Below the pieces are notes generated by a model that worked only from the letters and a program-made list of their open reading frames with translations, was not told where the DNA came from and made no database searches. A stretch of 63,018 nucleotides of DNA, counting the filler, from Corallochytrium limacisporum Hawaii (lineage: Eukaryota; Protista; Pluriformea), in assembly GCA_002811645.1 (NCBI GenBank). It is 5 parts of 5 records of this genome, joined end to end, with 100 filler letters (N's around TTAATTAATTAA, not from the genome) between each part and the next. Parts side by side here need not be neighbours in the genome. Positions count along the whole stretch, not along the records: positions 34,377 to 52,154 come from PDIP01000254.1; positions 52,255 to 61,854 come from PDIP01000112.1; 3 more parts are not named here. The stretch is one strand, 5' to 3'. The position numbers and the translations under genes are program-made. Every line of letters starts with the position of its first letter. Position 1 is the first letter of the stretch. Below are positions 48,901 to 56,734 of this stretch, in pieces.

Positions 48901-49828
48901 CGCTCAGGCACGTCTGTTCAATACGCTGCTTCAGAATAGTCAGCACCCGTGGCAAACCACTGACCACAAAGGCTTCCGGTCCGTTGATGATGGAAATATC
49001 GATTGCGGGTTCCTGGCGAGAAGCGCCAACTTGGCGGGCAGAGGCCTCTGGGACCGCTTGTCCCTGCCGACGGTGACGAACTTGCTTGCGCTGCTCCTGG
49101 TCCTGAAGCGATTCCTCTGCGTGCCTGGCCAATTCCAGTGACTCCTTAATCAATTTACGGACCTGTTCCACATTGAGGCCGTCGATTGCCAGCATGGGAG
49201 ATGCGAATGAGTCTGTCGCAAAAGACTTTGCAATCTTGAAGTTCAAAATCTGGTGCAGTCGCAGACCAAGCCAGAACATCAAGATGAGATGGTCTTTGAT
49301 GTGAGCAACCAAGCTCTCTGGGTCACCCTTTGCAAGACTGAGCGCCACAGCCGCAACCACGCCCTGGCTGTGTCCAGTGGCACATTCCAGGACGCTGGGA
49401 TCAAAGGAAAATCTGGGGTCATTCTGGCTGTGAATGTAGTTAGCCATCTGGGTGAGGAAGATCAGAGGCATTGAGACCGGGGCACTGTCGAGATACCAGC
49501 TCTCGGGCATGGACTTTTCACCACCTTCGCTCGACTCGCTTTCCAGCCACTCGTGCACTGCCATGCCGTATTTGTACTTCCACATGCGCTCAACACCACC
49601 CTGAAACTGTGCTTCGTAGGCTGCCACCTCAGCCTGCAGAAGCAATCCTGCTTCCGTGATCACCTTCCGAACATCGACTTTGGGCACCACCTCGCCCTCT
49701 GCCATGAACGGATCTTTGCTCGGAGCGACATTGGGTACGCTCCAGATCAGGCGCAGATCATGAATGTATTCGTATCCCTGACCGCTGAACACGGCAGCCA
49801 CGGATTTCTTATTGTCCAAGTTAGTCAT
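36917..49828 (-). CDS. Single-chain fungal-type fatty acid synthase (AT-ER-DH-MPT-ACP-ACP-KR-KS-PPT)
   Basis: AT GHSQG; ER GGRGGGHHS; DH SGDMNPIH; MPT GHSLGEY; ACPs KGRSAILNE and GGRSAIQNE; KR TGAGNGSIG / YAESK; KS GACAT, HGTST, GHPKG; PPTase GVGIDVE / WAAKEAVLK. Intron-free over 12.9 kb. Confidence 0.97.
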   Translation of the reverse strand: MTNLDNKKSVAAVFSGQGYEYIHDLRLIWSVPNVAPSKDPFMAEGEVVPKVDVRKVITEAGLLLQAEVAAYEAQFQGGVERMWKYKYGMAVHEWLESESSEGGEKSMPESWYLDSAPVSMPLIFLTQMANYIHSQNDPRFSFDPSVLECATGHSQGVVAAVALSLAKGDPESLVAHIKDHLILMFWLGLRLHQILNFKIAKSFATDSFASPMLAIDGLNVEQVRKLIKESLELARHAEESLQDQEQRKQVRHRRQGQAVPEASARQVGASRQEPAIDISIINGPEAFVVSGLPRVLTILKQRIEQTCLSVDDTEDQSRVPYPKRKAVVKASFLRVSVPFHSSLAKAVVQQVVSDLQTRQCTTLLELTPQSLAFSVLDTCNATDLRKLDTATVSLVQHVIALQAVSQMNFQEIVASLQTTHILEYGPVGQASIGATARMIGGMVEGRGQQVMAVRPQREPYKPPVNLSEESEDKEPETETDIIAVKTDSLLYRIPTQHVLYPEGPTNWAKEYAPRMVRRKKDGKRMLWTRFSQLTGRPPLIMSGMTPTTSFYGIDLVAAATNEGFHGELAAGGLPIPSLFVEKLDELVSKLEPGRGIAINMLYLNAYQWGFQFPLVKELSAQGYPFESITIGAGVPSMDKAIDIISDLRECGMTYMSFKPGNVNAMEQVLEIAEAHPNFTFVLQWTGGRGGGHHSSEDFHKPLLKMYGAIRKQPNVVLLVGSGFGDAKGSVAYLDGSWSQRLGYPCMPCDGILMGSRWMVAKEAATWPSVKQMIVDAYGAEDEDKWTASYDGGVGGVISVMSELGEPIHKLVNRGMRCWDEFDRKYFSLPRGSKEREQAILRDREAIIHRLNNDFQKPYFGRKEDGSVAEMEQLTYAETLRRMVELMYVYNGGDEEGRLEPNRWIDIGYQRRTFEFMLRTEQRFIDEKKGEMIASNMAILDEDPMAVVNRFVDSYPEVRRTLLSDEDVAFFIHLCANLAKGKPVNFVPVVDKELEFWYKKDSLWFSEQVDAVPGRDAQKVAVLHGPVAAKYSTKANEPVADIFRSIHDEYISLLKVTTVEEVESLVFPSQQYALPAADTDDATRPRGLWADLHKALKQSEWLSSAFSCPRVMNGDKWSSNRIPDVFRPREGYKFSQPDPNCFQMVDEAGKVQAQLCLVPKASESWIELLFNDLDTSLNITFVYRPEHEFSCLHEPKDQGMQHGQSIRQYYKAIWLDDSSSSAQGFDPYATFDYVTKVSMDDVKKFNAAIGRVDDFHSRRLLSEVPSMDFATILSWKALMKALFVDGLEGNLLSLVHRSHRYKLISQNVEGLPTCGIAIGDEMKIKGHISAIKITDPGKEVTAVAQLYRLVDQAPVPWMTVESTFLIRGLFEYKDLNFERYTETIEIALDDAATKFILERQSWLDIQQPLALGDRLSLSLNIMEQRKSKNAFSHINVEGSVFRKATAESMIKNKAGSLEQIGTISFLHSDKSAPLAQNTVLATLQSLKDSTTTGTIFENSGYTLLEEPALVTAPTDCMDYAQASGDMNPIHRNEMIATYANLPNGSPIVHGMWTACMARGILEDHMSNLNRHSIHDYSVEFLDMVFPGDELVTQLIHTGLRNGRWLVRVEVRKVKGGSVVLQGRAEVDQAPTAFFFTGQGSAVAGMGMDLYETSEVSRKVWDRADIFFKKTYGFSILDIVRNNPKHLEIHFGGPLGKRIRDNYLAMRAKDPATGNDRQLIAEIRPDTKSFSFQSPEGLLFATQFSQPALVLVQKAAFEELRSKGIIPEGDLLFAGHSLGEYAAIASVADVLTIEDLVATVFLRGMVMQNAVVRDAEGRSNYAMVAANPMRIHKGFSHEMLEYIVNKIEEESNGKLIQIVNYNVRNLQYVVSGELVTLEALCYVLNNIKARITKAKTVNEQTLKELQDDLPGIIAEGLSAAERKAVVAKKFGRPFQLERGVATIPLPGIDVPFHSKQLLDGVDAFRSLLAPKITIPRVLKALPHLLQRYIPNVVAEPFSVEKTFIRHVAEVTGSKNLNMILEGDRLSTLHDAQKARILLIELLAHQFAMPVRWIDTQDVVFMARTQRVIEMGPAPTLVTMAKNSLKVNVYSVDEDDEYVPEILWWGNNRADIFYELEDCGPSAADYISNLQVATSEEESEVTGGEESEPPAPEPAATPAAAPVAPAPVAAPAAAAPSSASADFVPNAGLVVRVMLAQKLQLEYTSIKSSDTPKALSKGRSAILNELVGDLGAEFGANALPEGVGELPLEQTSTKLQDVYKGPGKHINGQVTKMVSAKLAGGFNLQAVKAYLRDRKGLKDGTVESVLIYGLTAQPKKRHGSADESQQWLDGIVNDFGNNVEGAKAAVSGGGGASGGASMAMMPAMAMASAGPALQPVDDVPIDVTHAMRCLIAAKLKKEGGLREVGEQTTLKQLTGGRSAIQNELVGDLAQEFGDASADGIADLPLTDVGSRLAKAGPYSDLGKVSSGLVTKMLSAKLPGGFNSVQAVRAYLSETRLLGPLRQTAVLLHALAMPPAKRFGSAEEAKGWIDTVVDDYASTIASISIPHAAKAGSGGAGGAMMGGAMAMSPEALKQMMGPQRDALKSLVGASLEACQAYLEKEHGAPRNVKIHEQLMQAMTDNRALEDKLAELTAELGDEFCDGIQPQHQAAKSRTYDSYWNWVIQDALQLYHHVLAKIEGTDANRTMDTVKLNYYENMANFITSSVEDIRSSTPPREWFRNFMSNRATEPFVKAVEYFAVMNEELGLTEYAQAIALLAEQSKQWIDKAPIYNGATIVTDAPEVTVKEGSGAIDYREVPRTDVSNAEQYVQEMSRGVQYDRSSLQPVANPSQTVVVHGRDKPFNVEGTAEEDSEEARFRNSPLLAAMESDDASTFSSYGMYEDAESGARGAKGLPAGQKLEAMRMSLKPTQGTTSMITGIPEDATVPTQKPAITTSVSVPTEIPHVHLKKVSDFDSLVRIYAEDLTSKYLSCLHDIAVSGVSFAGQVALVTGAGNGSIGIEIVKALLEGGATVIVGYRGSRPTAQLEKIFELYREIYQEFGSKGSKLHLETYNGSSAQDTEALVQRIYSDYGYDLDFIIPFAAAPENGRDISSIDGRSELSHRMMLTNVVRLLGAVKATKQEHGIETRPAMVLLPCSPNHGVFGFDGLYAESKLGLESLVHKWESEGWQNYLSLATAVIGWTRSRLMYQNNIVSPGVEAMGCRTFHTTEMAYNLVGLLHPYMATMAAEEPLWADLTGNWHVISDIKAKTNAIREDLQQQSRLQKALHQSAKTSAGPAAAAPAARPTAAKLSNPLRMYTAFPKMPETPAEKARFSNMQCNLQNAVDLRQVVVVTGFGEVGPYGGSHTRWEMEAYGEFSLEGCIQLAWLIGLIKPNRGPLKSNPRQQYFGWVDATTMEPVADHEIKAIYEQTLLERCGIRVVEPELFEGYRPEAKSMLHAVALDRDAVPVEVADEATARDVQRESGGPDACDVFQAPNDGPWYVRLRKGAVMHIPRALNFRRFVAGQVPTGWDAKLLGVPADIADSVDPVTLYALVATVDALVCSGVSDPYEFYAYVHLSEVGNASGSGMGGQRQLKRMFIERKVESELPSDTMAESFINTMPAWINMLLLSSCGPVKTPVGACATAAESVEIACDTILSGKARVMLAGGYDDFSEASSYEFGVMGATNDSTEDAKKGRLVHEASRPFTDSRAGFLESHGSGVQVLMDAELALDMGVPIYGILGHTATATDREGRSIPAPGKGILSTAREHLVDGTSADSTSANPLMDLRFRRDNLTAELESITAWEETQLRKLGAAAGSLAVPGPGSTSMSSSLGDESDGVAVVGSPSSSGSAGQSARAHSSKAAYVRQMAHRKRQAAYDTWGQGFYRNDTSIAPLRGALAVWGLTVDDLTVASFHGTSTKLNDQNESSVIQRQMEHLGRSEGNPMYAIAQKYLTGHPKGAACAWMLNGLLQCLNDGIIPGNRNLDNVSPELSAFTHLFYPNKSMQVPFIKAALLKSFGFGQAGAEILLVHPQYLLATLTKERFDAYLSLRNGRENAVYRYQQGVYSAKHTLVQVKSHAPYGDADMERIFLDPLARAQYSSAKGTWMFPAVDSEDALLLEAVKSSDAAKDEVRPSPRTELLKGKTSQSQESQQSQQSRSTTKPRTTATSPHQRLAATVQERAEGLYKEPATKDAGTDRGNRGVGIDVEKIATFEPIEQKGNMIHRNFTPAEQEYCNSAAHPAASYAGRWAAKEAVLKALTSAMSTTANRKVWNSAEAPLLDFEIVPSVSGAPTVQLHGYALDVFNTSGFASIKVSISYSDDIAIAQALVE

Positions 49829-49876
49829 GGTCACTACATTAAGTCTGTTCTAACTGCATAGATCAGACGTATGCCT

Positions 49877-50093
49877 CTAGGCATTGTTGCAGGAGACCGA
49901 GCCGGTGTCGTTAGTAGCAGGATCGCATCTATTTTGGTAGCTGGCCAGGATTCCTTTACACCGTTGTATCTGGACTTTGCAACGAATTTTAAAGGACTCC
50001 AGATCTGCCGTAGTCGCGAACAGTCCTAGGTGATGTTGTCATTCGGTCCTACACCCCCAAAATCCCCCTGAGGTTTCATCCCTTCACACTCAC
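49877..50093 (-). other. Candidate 5'-UTR intron of the FAS gene
   Basis: GTGAGT donor 50093-50088, perfect TACTAAC 49916-49910, first AG ending at 49877, 48 nt before the ATG. Confidence 0.55.
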
Positions 50094-52023
50094 GGTTCAC
50101 CGGCCACAGTGCACCAAAGCCCCCCCCCCCTCACCACATCGGCGCACAGGTGACTGCATGGCCCGGGACCCACCTTTTCCTTTCCTACCGGTCTTCTGGT
50201 TGCTTTCCTCCTCCGTTCCCGGTGCCTCCTCACTCCAGCTCCCTGTCCTCCTCCCATGTTTCCACCACCGCTCCAGGGGGTCTGTAATCTCTCTCCCCCC
50301 CCCCCCCAAAAAAATTTTGTTCCGAATTTTGGGAGCGAAAATTGTACAGCCACCCAAAGTAAAACACCGCCTTGTCAGTCGCACTCGGTTTGATCTCTCC
50401 TTCTGGCCTGCCGCACCGTTGGGTGCGCCGGGCTTGCCCAATGCCCCACAGAAACTGAGAGCAGAAAGAAAGAAAAGGAAGAAAAAAACAAAAAAAAAAG
50501 AAAATTTCCGGTAGAGAACGAAGTGGAAAGAGACCGTGTGAGAATTAGCCATCGGAGGTGGCCACTGCTATAGGAAATGTACTGCGCATCCTTGACGTTT
50601 TGGGTCCAAACAGAGAGGTTTCAAACAGAGGTGTACACGCAGCCGCACTCTACACAACGGACACCATTTCGAGCCACCTGAAGAAGTTCCGGCAGCAGCG
50701 GCCGTCCACTACCCACCCTCGCAAGAGTTGTTCCAGACCGCTGCTGCAGGCTCTCTACTCTTGCTGTATGGCTGGGTGGCCATCGACCTGCCCGTTCCGG
50801 TTTTGCTTCACGGGCTGTGTGTTCTTCTGACCTTTTGCCCGTGTTGTGAAGAGCCCCGTCCATGTTCGGATGATGGGATCGCGGCTTGGTGCTCTCCCAT
50901 TCGAAAACTACCTGGCTTCCGTCACCAGTGCACACGATATGGAACATTACATAACACACACAACACACACCGACCCCCACACACACAACAAAAAAACATT
51001 CGCTGCCCTTTGCCGTGAACACATGCGCCCAAGCCAGTTTGTTGCACACTTATCTTGGCCCACACACGCGCACACTGATGAGATTTTTTCCACCGCTTCT
51101 TTATTTGTGTGTTCCGGGGACGCAGCCCAGTGCGATGTTCTCTACACCGGCCGGAGGGAGCAATGGCCCATGAAACCAAAACGTCGACACCTCCTTTTTT
51201 ACCACAGCGACAGTTTTGCCGGCCCACCGGTTCCTGTTCAATTGCACAACAAACGGAAAGAACGTGAAATACGGTTGTTTTGGTTCGGTGAGCGGGGAAA
51301 CTCACGGGTTGTGTGCTAACAATAGCTGGCCGTTCCACCGGTGCGGTTGCAACAGGACCCGACTCTGAGCACCGTAGGCTCAGTGGAGAGGTGGTTCCAG
51401 CAGTGGCGAGGTGCCCTGGAACCACCGGCAAAGGCTCAAAAGTCCAGCGGTGTGCGGCGAAATATTGGAAGCTGAGGTGCGCACCGGCAAACACTTCGCT
51501 TCCGAAGTTTCCGGATAGCCGTCTTGGGATACAAAAGCTACCTGTTATGGCGAGTGGACCCTCGAGCACTACGAAACACAATACCCTGAGTATGTAATGT
51601 CAGCCATCGTGCCGTGCTGCCTGCGTGTGGGTAAACCGGAGAGACTGCTGCCTACGTGCACAAAATATATGTGATATGGCACAGCGATCCCACGTCCAAC
51701 GCACAGTACGAAAAGATGGCATCGTCTCGTACAGTTGACTAGATGTGATCATCAACTCAGTACGCGTTTGTGCACAGGTAGTATTGCGTCGAAGTTTGCG
51801 GATAGAGGAGCACCTCATTGAGCACGACATGCGTTCGCTAGGTGCGCAGGAGCACTAATTGTTAGCTGGAAAGTGGATGGCCAGTGCGTGCCAGGGTGCT
51901 GAGCATGATTTAGATTTAGATGTGAGTAGTCTGCACGAAGGAGCCATGCAGTAGAATTTAGTGCTCTTGTAGTAGATTGAAGAGTGATCTTCGAAGAAAC
52001 TCATTGTAAATACATTGATGCTG

Positions 52024-52154
52024 TACCACCCTCTGTCTGAGAATATTGTATCAAATCTACTCATTTTGATTTAGCTCTGCCGTCGCTTGGGAGAGCGGGA
52101 AAATTTTGACAGATTCGAACTCAGCACCCTCGAATGTATAACTGTGCCAATCTT
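52024..52154. mobile_element. DNA transposon/MITE terminus, truncated by linker
   Basis: TA + CCACCCTCTGTCT; near-identical to 14962-15026 and alignable in reverse orientation with 34383-34511. Confidence 0.85.
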
Positions 52155-53641
52155 NNNNNNNNNNNNNNNNNNNNNNNNNNNNNNNNNNNNNNNNNNNNTT
52201 AATTAATTAANNNNNNNNNNNNNNNNNNNNNNNNNNNNNNNNNNNNNNNNNNNNGAATTTCTCCCTCCCTCCTTATTCCGGTTGATTAAATGTGATTTGG
52301 AGCAATATTTCGACGCAGAGGATAGTACCTATGTGCGTGGTGGCGGCCTCACCACAACGTTTGTACCTTTCTGCAACAAATGTTTCTATCTTTCCTTCTA
52401 ATCTCTTTCGCCACAGGGGCGCGAACTACCCCACCGCCCACCGTTCGTGTTTAGTTTTGTGGGCAGAAGGTGCTAGAATTCCAGGGGAGAGGGCCGCCCA
52501 CCACAAAGGGAAGAAAACCCTCCACCTGTGCCAGGCTGGCGGTTTGTCCCCATTTTTTTTCCTTCCTTTGCTGTTGGCCCAGACTTCGCAGTGGCTGTCG
52601 AGAAACTGCCGCTCTCCACGCGAGTGCCGATTTTCCAATTAATGCGACGTACATTCAGTATAGGAACGATTTTTCCTACTACCCCGCACGGCACGAGTGG
52701 CAGAAAGGCCACCATCATTTCCCGTCCGCACCGGGCGCGGGCGGCACCCTCCAAACCCCCCAACCCCCTAAGGTCTCACCGCACGGGGAAATGCCCGTGG
52801 TGAAAATTTTTGGTACTGAAACAGTTGAAGTTTTGTCGTCCCTGATCGGTGTGCGCACTATGTTAGCGGATGTTCTGACGGTTTTTAAGCGCTGTGCTCC
52901 ACCCCAACCCCCCTGGACCTCATGCTGTCCCTGCTAACTTTGTATGTCTCCTGGCACACTGATCCAAGTAAGAAACAAGTCTCACCAACTGATCTGTTCC
53001 CTATACAAAATATATTGATAAAATGTCAGACTTCCTACGGGCCCTTACACAAAAAATAGGTGACAAGGGGAGACCCCCCCCCCGGTCGGACCTCTGTCGG
53101 TTGCGAACCTCGTCCGGCCGGGCGTGACGTTTTGGCTGAGGAAATCCTTTTGTGATCGTCGTTCCAACGAAATTTGGTACTGAATGTATGGACTCTCTAA
53201 TGCACCAGCCACGGGTACACCTGATCGGCAACACCGGACGGGCCAGTGGATGGGCTTGAGAGCCATCGCAGGTGATAACTCCCGGGGTCATCGCCGTTGG
53301 CCCCAGTGACACCACCGTGCATCACCCGTCGTAATATTTTATCTGTACGGCTTTGTCGCCTTTGCAGAGCAGTTGAAGGGTTAGTGCTAGTCTCTGCTGA
53401 TCTGGTCTTCGGCGATGAGCCGCGTGCAGAGCCATTCGCTGACTGTGTACTTCCCTCTGCTGTTGCACTCGTGAAAAGGTATTCGTAGGATCCGTAGGCC
53501 TGGACGGATAATTGTGTGGCCCGTTATCGATTAAAGCGAAGTAAAACACATGAGTAGATCTACTCCTTAAGCGGGACATGAGCAAGTAGAGCAGAAACAC
53601 CCCAAGGGAATAGCGTAGTCGCATTTCTACAGCATTTGAGT

Positions 53642-54997
53642 ATGCTGAGCACTCTAGCACAACGTCTGGCTGGTGCCACCGCACACCGCACTACCCTCAA
53701 GTCTGCGGTATGGAGCCAGCGGGCGAGCATTACCCATGCGGCCAAGACTGCTTACAACTCAGCCACCATACCGGAGATTTATGAGGAGCCAGAACGCATT
53801 TTGGCACCCGCATTCAAGGGACAAACGGGATATTTCCCATGCGTTGATCGGGAACAGAACAGGAACAAGGAGGCCGGTGGTCCCAACCCTCGGTTTAGTG
53901 AAGTGGCATTCGGCTACAATCTTTTTCATATCGACAAACCATTCTACTGTGAGTACGGAGGTGTTTTACCGGAAGCTCACATTGCATATGAAACGTGGGG
54001 TACTATGAACTCAGACCGCAGCAACGTAGTTCTCCTGCATACTGGTCTCAGCGCCTCTTCCCATGCGCATTCGACGGCTAGCAATCCTAACCCCGGCTGG
54101 TGGGAGAAGTTCATTGGACCAGGCAAGGCCGTGGATACGGATAAGTTCTTTGTCATTTGCACAAACGTTCTGGGTTCCTGTTACGGATCAACTGGACCCT
54201 CTAGTATCAATCCCATTACGGGTAAGCCGTTCGCCACCACATTTCCTCTGATCACCATTAAGGATATGGTCAAGGCCCAATTCCAGCTGATGGACTACTT
54301 GGGTATCGAGCGTTTGCATGCCAGTATGGGAGCAAGTATGGGAGGTATGCAGTCGCTGTGCGCTGCTCATGAGCACCCCGAACGTGTCAGTCGCGTGATC
54401 TGTATGTCCGGCGCCGCACGGTCCCATCCCTATAGCATTGCTCTTCGTCACATTCAACGTCGAGTGTTGATGAGCGATCCAAATTGGAACAATGGCAACT
54501 ACTACGATGGTAACTTTCCCCATGTAGGCATGAAACATTCTCGTGAGATCGCCTTCATTAGCTACCGTAGTGGGCCTGAATGGGAGGAGCGCTTTGGCCG
54601 GAAGCGAGCTGACATGACCGTGCCGCCGTCATTCTGTCCGGACTTCCTCATCGAGACTTATTTGGACAAGCAGGGTGAGGCTTGGTGCCTTAAGTATGAC
54701 CCAAACAGTATGATCTACCTCTCTAAGGCTATGGATATCTTTGATCTGGGTGCTGGCTACAGCGATCTGTCGGAGAGCCTATCCAGAGTCGACATGCCTG
54801 CACTTGTCATTGGTGTGCAGAGCGACATTCTGTTCCCTGTTTGGCAACAGGCTGAGATTGCCAAGAACCTCAAGCTCGGTGGCAATAAGAAGGTCCGATA
54901 CTACGAGCTTGATGCCATGTATGGGCACGATACATTCCTCATCGACGAAATCAACATTGGCGCCGCCGTCAAAGGTCACCTGGAGCACGACCTGTAA
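53642..54997 (+). CDS. cys2: Serine O-succinyl/acetyltransferase (Cys2/CysA-type MetX homolog), probably mitochondrial
   Basis: AYETWG, HTGLSASSH, PGWW, GASMGG nucleophile, SDILFP, GHDTFL; presequence MLSTLAQRLAGATAHR. Confidence 0.85.
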   Translation: MLSTLAQRLAGATAHRTTLKSAVWSQRASITHAAKTAYNSATIPEIYEEPERILAPAFKGQTGYFPCVDREQNRNKEAGGPNPRFSEVAFGYNLFHIDKPFYCEYGGVLPEAHIAYETWGTMNSDRSNVVLLHTGLSASSHAHSTASNPNPGWWEKFIGPGKAVDTDKFFVICTNVLGSCYGSTGPSSINPITGKPFATTFPLITIKDMVKAQFQLMDYLGIERLHASMGASMGGMQSLCAAHEHPERVSRVICMSGAARSHPYSIALRHIQRRVLMSDPNWNNGNYYDGNFPHVGMKHSREIAFISYRSGPEWEERFGRKRADMTVPPSFCPDFLIETYLDKQGEAWCLKYDPNSMIYLSKAMDIFDLGAGYSDLSESLSRVDMPALVIGVQSDILFPVWQQAEIAKNLKLGGNKKVRYYELDAMYGHDTFLIDEINIGAAVKGHLEHDL

Positions 54998-55497
54998 ACT
55001 ACAGGGTCATGTAAATAACAAAATTAGCATAACATGTTCATTTTTTTTTTCAATTGTTGCGCACGTTTATCCTTCACGTTGCTTTCGGAGAATCATGGCC
55101 CCGGCTTCAAAGCGATCAGCCACTGCGGCTTGTCGTGAACACAGAAGAGGCTGCGCCACCCCCAAAAAGAGTGAGTTGGGGTGTGCACAGTTTGGGGAGG
55201 CTGGGGGAAAAGGAGCCGGGAAGGGGGGGGGGGAAGGACCCTGAGCTTTCTCGCACGGGTCTGCTCCGCGGGGTGGGATGTGTACCTCCCGGGTGGTGAG
55301 AAACAACCCAGCGGACGGCAACCCCGGGAACTTTGCGGTGGGTTTCAATCTGTCGCAGGTAGTAGAGGACCATAGATTTGCGAATCGTAAGCCTTACATT
55401 TCAGTCATTAAACTTTAGCCCCTGAACAGACTACACCCATGACTAAGCTATAGTACGGCAGTAGTGTCCACAGGGAATTAGGGTTCCTGGAAACACG

Positions 55498-56586
55498 ATG
55501 CCTGATGCGGGGACTTACTACCAGGTGCATCCCAAGAAGACACCAAACGCTGAGGGATTTTTGGATGTCCTCGACAGCAAGGGTACCTTGGCTATGTTTG
55601 ATCTGCTGCTAACCTATGCAGTATGTCAATGGGGATTGGTGGTAGGTTTCCTTGGTGGTGTTGCTAAAACCCTCCGCACCAAATACCACCAAATGCGAGC
55701 CACATTAAGTGGCGAACCCACACCACCGCCCACTGCGAACCTGAGGTACGAGGAGCTGGAGTTTGAGAACATCGACAGCAAACTGGAGAAGGGTCTGATC
55801 AGTGTCATTGTGCCCTGTGTCAATGAGAGCGAGGGTATTCTGAAGACTCTGCGATATATCGCAGAAAATGCACACACACCCAGCAAAGTGGAGATCATCG
55901 TGGTCGATGGTCAAAGCAGTGATGACACAGTTACTAAGGTAGAGATCTATTGGGGACAGCAATTGGCATCGAAGGATAGTGCTTTGAAGGCTTCCCAGCT
56001 CCACAGTATCCGAGTTGTCTCGGCGACCCGCGGCCGCGCCGTGCAGCAGAACATGGGTGCCACTCTGGCGCAGGGAGAGATCCTCCAGTTTTGTCACGCG
56101 GACACACGCCTGCCTCCAGGCTGGGACCAATTAGTACGAGAGCATTTGCCGGAGTCTGCACCCCAGATCTTTGGCGGTGCCTTCGAACTGTGGGTCGATA
56201 CTGACAACCCTTCGATCCACTGCATCTGCGAGGCCGCGAACGCCCGCGCTCGCATGTACAAGCTGCCGTATGGTGATCAGGCTATTTTTGCCCGCGCCTT
56301 GGCTTTCCGGAAGGTCGGCGGTTTTCCTTCGCAGATTTTTATGGAGGACTACGAGTTTGTCAGGCAACTAGTGGCCGCTGGCGGTGAACTAGTCCTGATC
56401 CCTCAGCCAGTGCTGACCAGCCCACGTCGCTGGCTGCACAATGGACCTGCGTGGAACACGTTTCTGAACCAAATCTTTGTTATCTGCTACTCCATCCTGG
56501 GGTTCGATGCCCAAACCATCCACAAGTGGTACTACCGCAGTGCACAGCTGTACACTTGGAACACACCTGCTGCCAAGGAAGACTAA
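55498..56586 (+). CDS. GT2 glycosyltransferase, TIGR04283-like (arsenosugar/radical-SAM-associated family)
   Basis: SVIIP-like SVIVPCVNE, VVDGQSSDDT, GRAVQQNMGA, FCHADTRLP, GGAF, LPYGDQAIF, GGFP..MEDYE, TSPRRW; extra N-terminal TM. Confidence 0.85.
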   Translation: MPDAGTYYQVHPKKTPNAEGFLDVLDSKGTLAMFDLLLTYAVCQWGLVVGFLGGVAKTLRTKYHQMRATLSGEPTPPPTANLRYEELEFENIDSKLEKGLISVIVPCVNESEGILKTLRYIAENAHTPSKVEIIVVDGQSSDDTVTKVEIYWGQQLASKDSALKASQLHSIRVVSATRGRAVQQNMGATLAQGEILQFCHADTRLPPGWDQLVREHLPESAPQIFGGAFELWVDTDNPSIHCICEAANARARMYKLPYGDQAIFARALAFRKVGGFPSQIFMEDYEFVRQLVAAGGELVLIPQPVLTSPRRWLHNGPAWNTFLNQIFVICYSILGFDAQTIHKWYYRSAQLYTWNTPAAKED

Positions 56587-56734
56587 ATGGTCATCAACGG
56601 AACGAAACATCTGCAGCAATGGAAAACGGCATCAAAATGCTTTAGCGCACACGTACCTATACGATAGTCAATTTCTTAGCAGACAAAATATCAACACTGG
56701 AATGTGTAACTAGATGCCCCCAGCGTCACTTGCT

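Noticed and set aside
37190-49861. Many antisense ORFs over FAS, the kinase and other genes
   Set aside because: Shadow ORFs caused by codon bias, with no recognisable motifs.
52105-52154. tRNA gene suggested by TGGCACAGT and GTTCGAATC on the minus strand
   Set aside because: Box spacing is too short, there is no cloverleaf, and it lies inside the transposon terminus.
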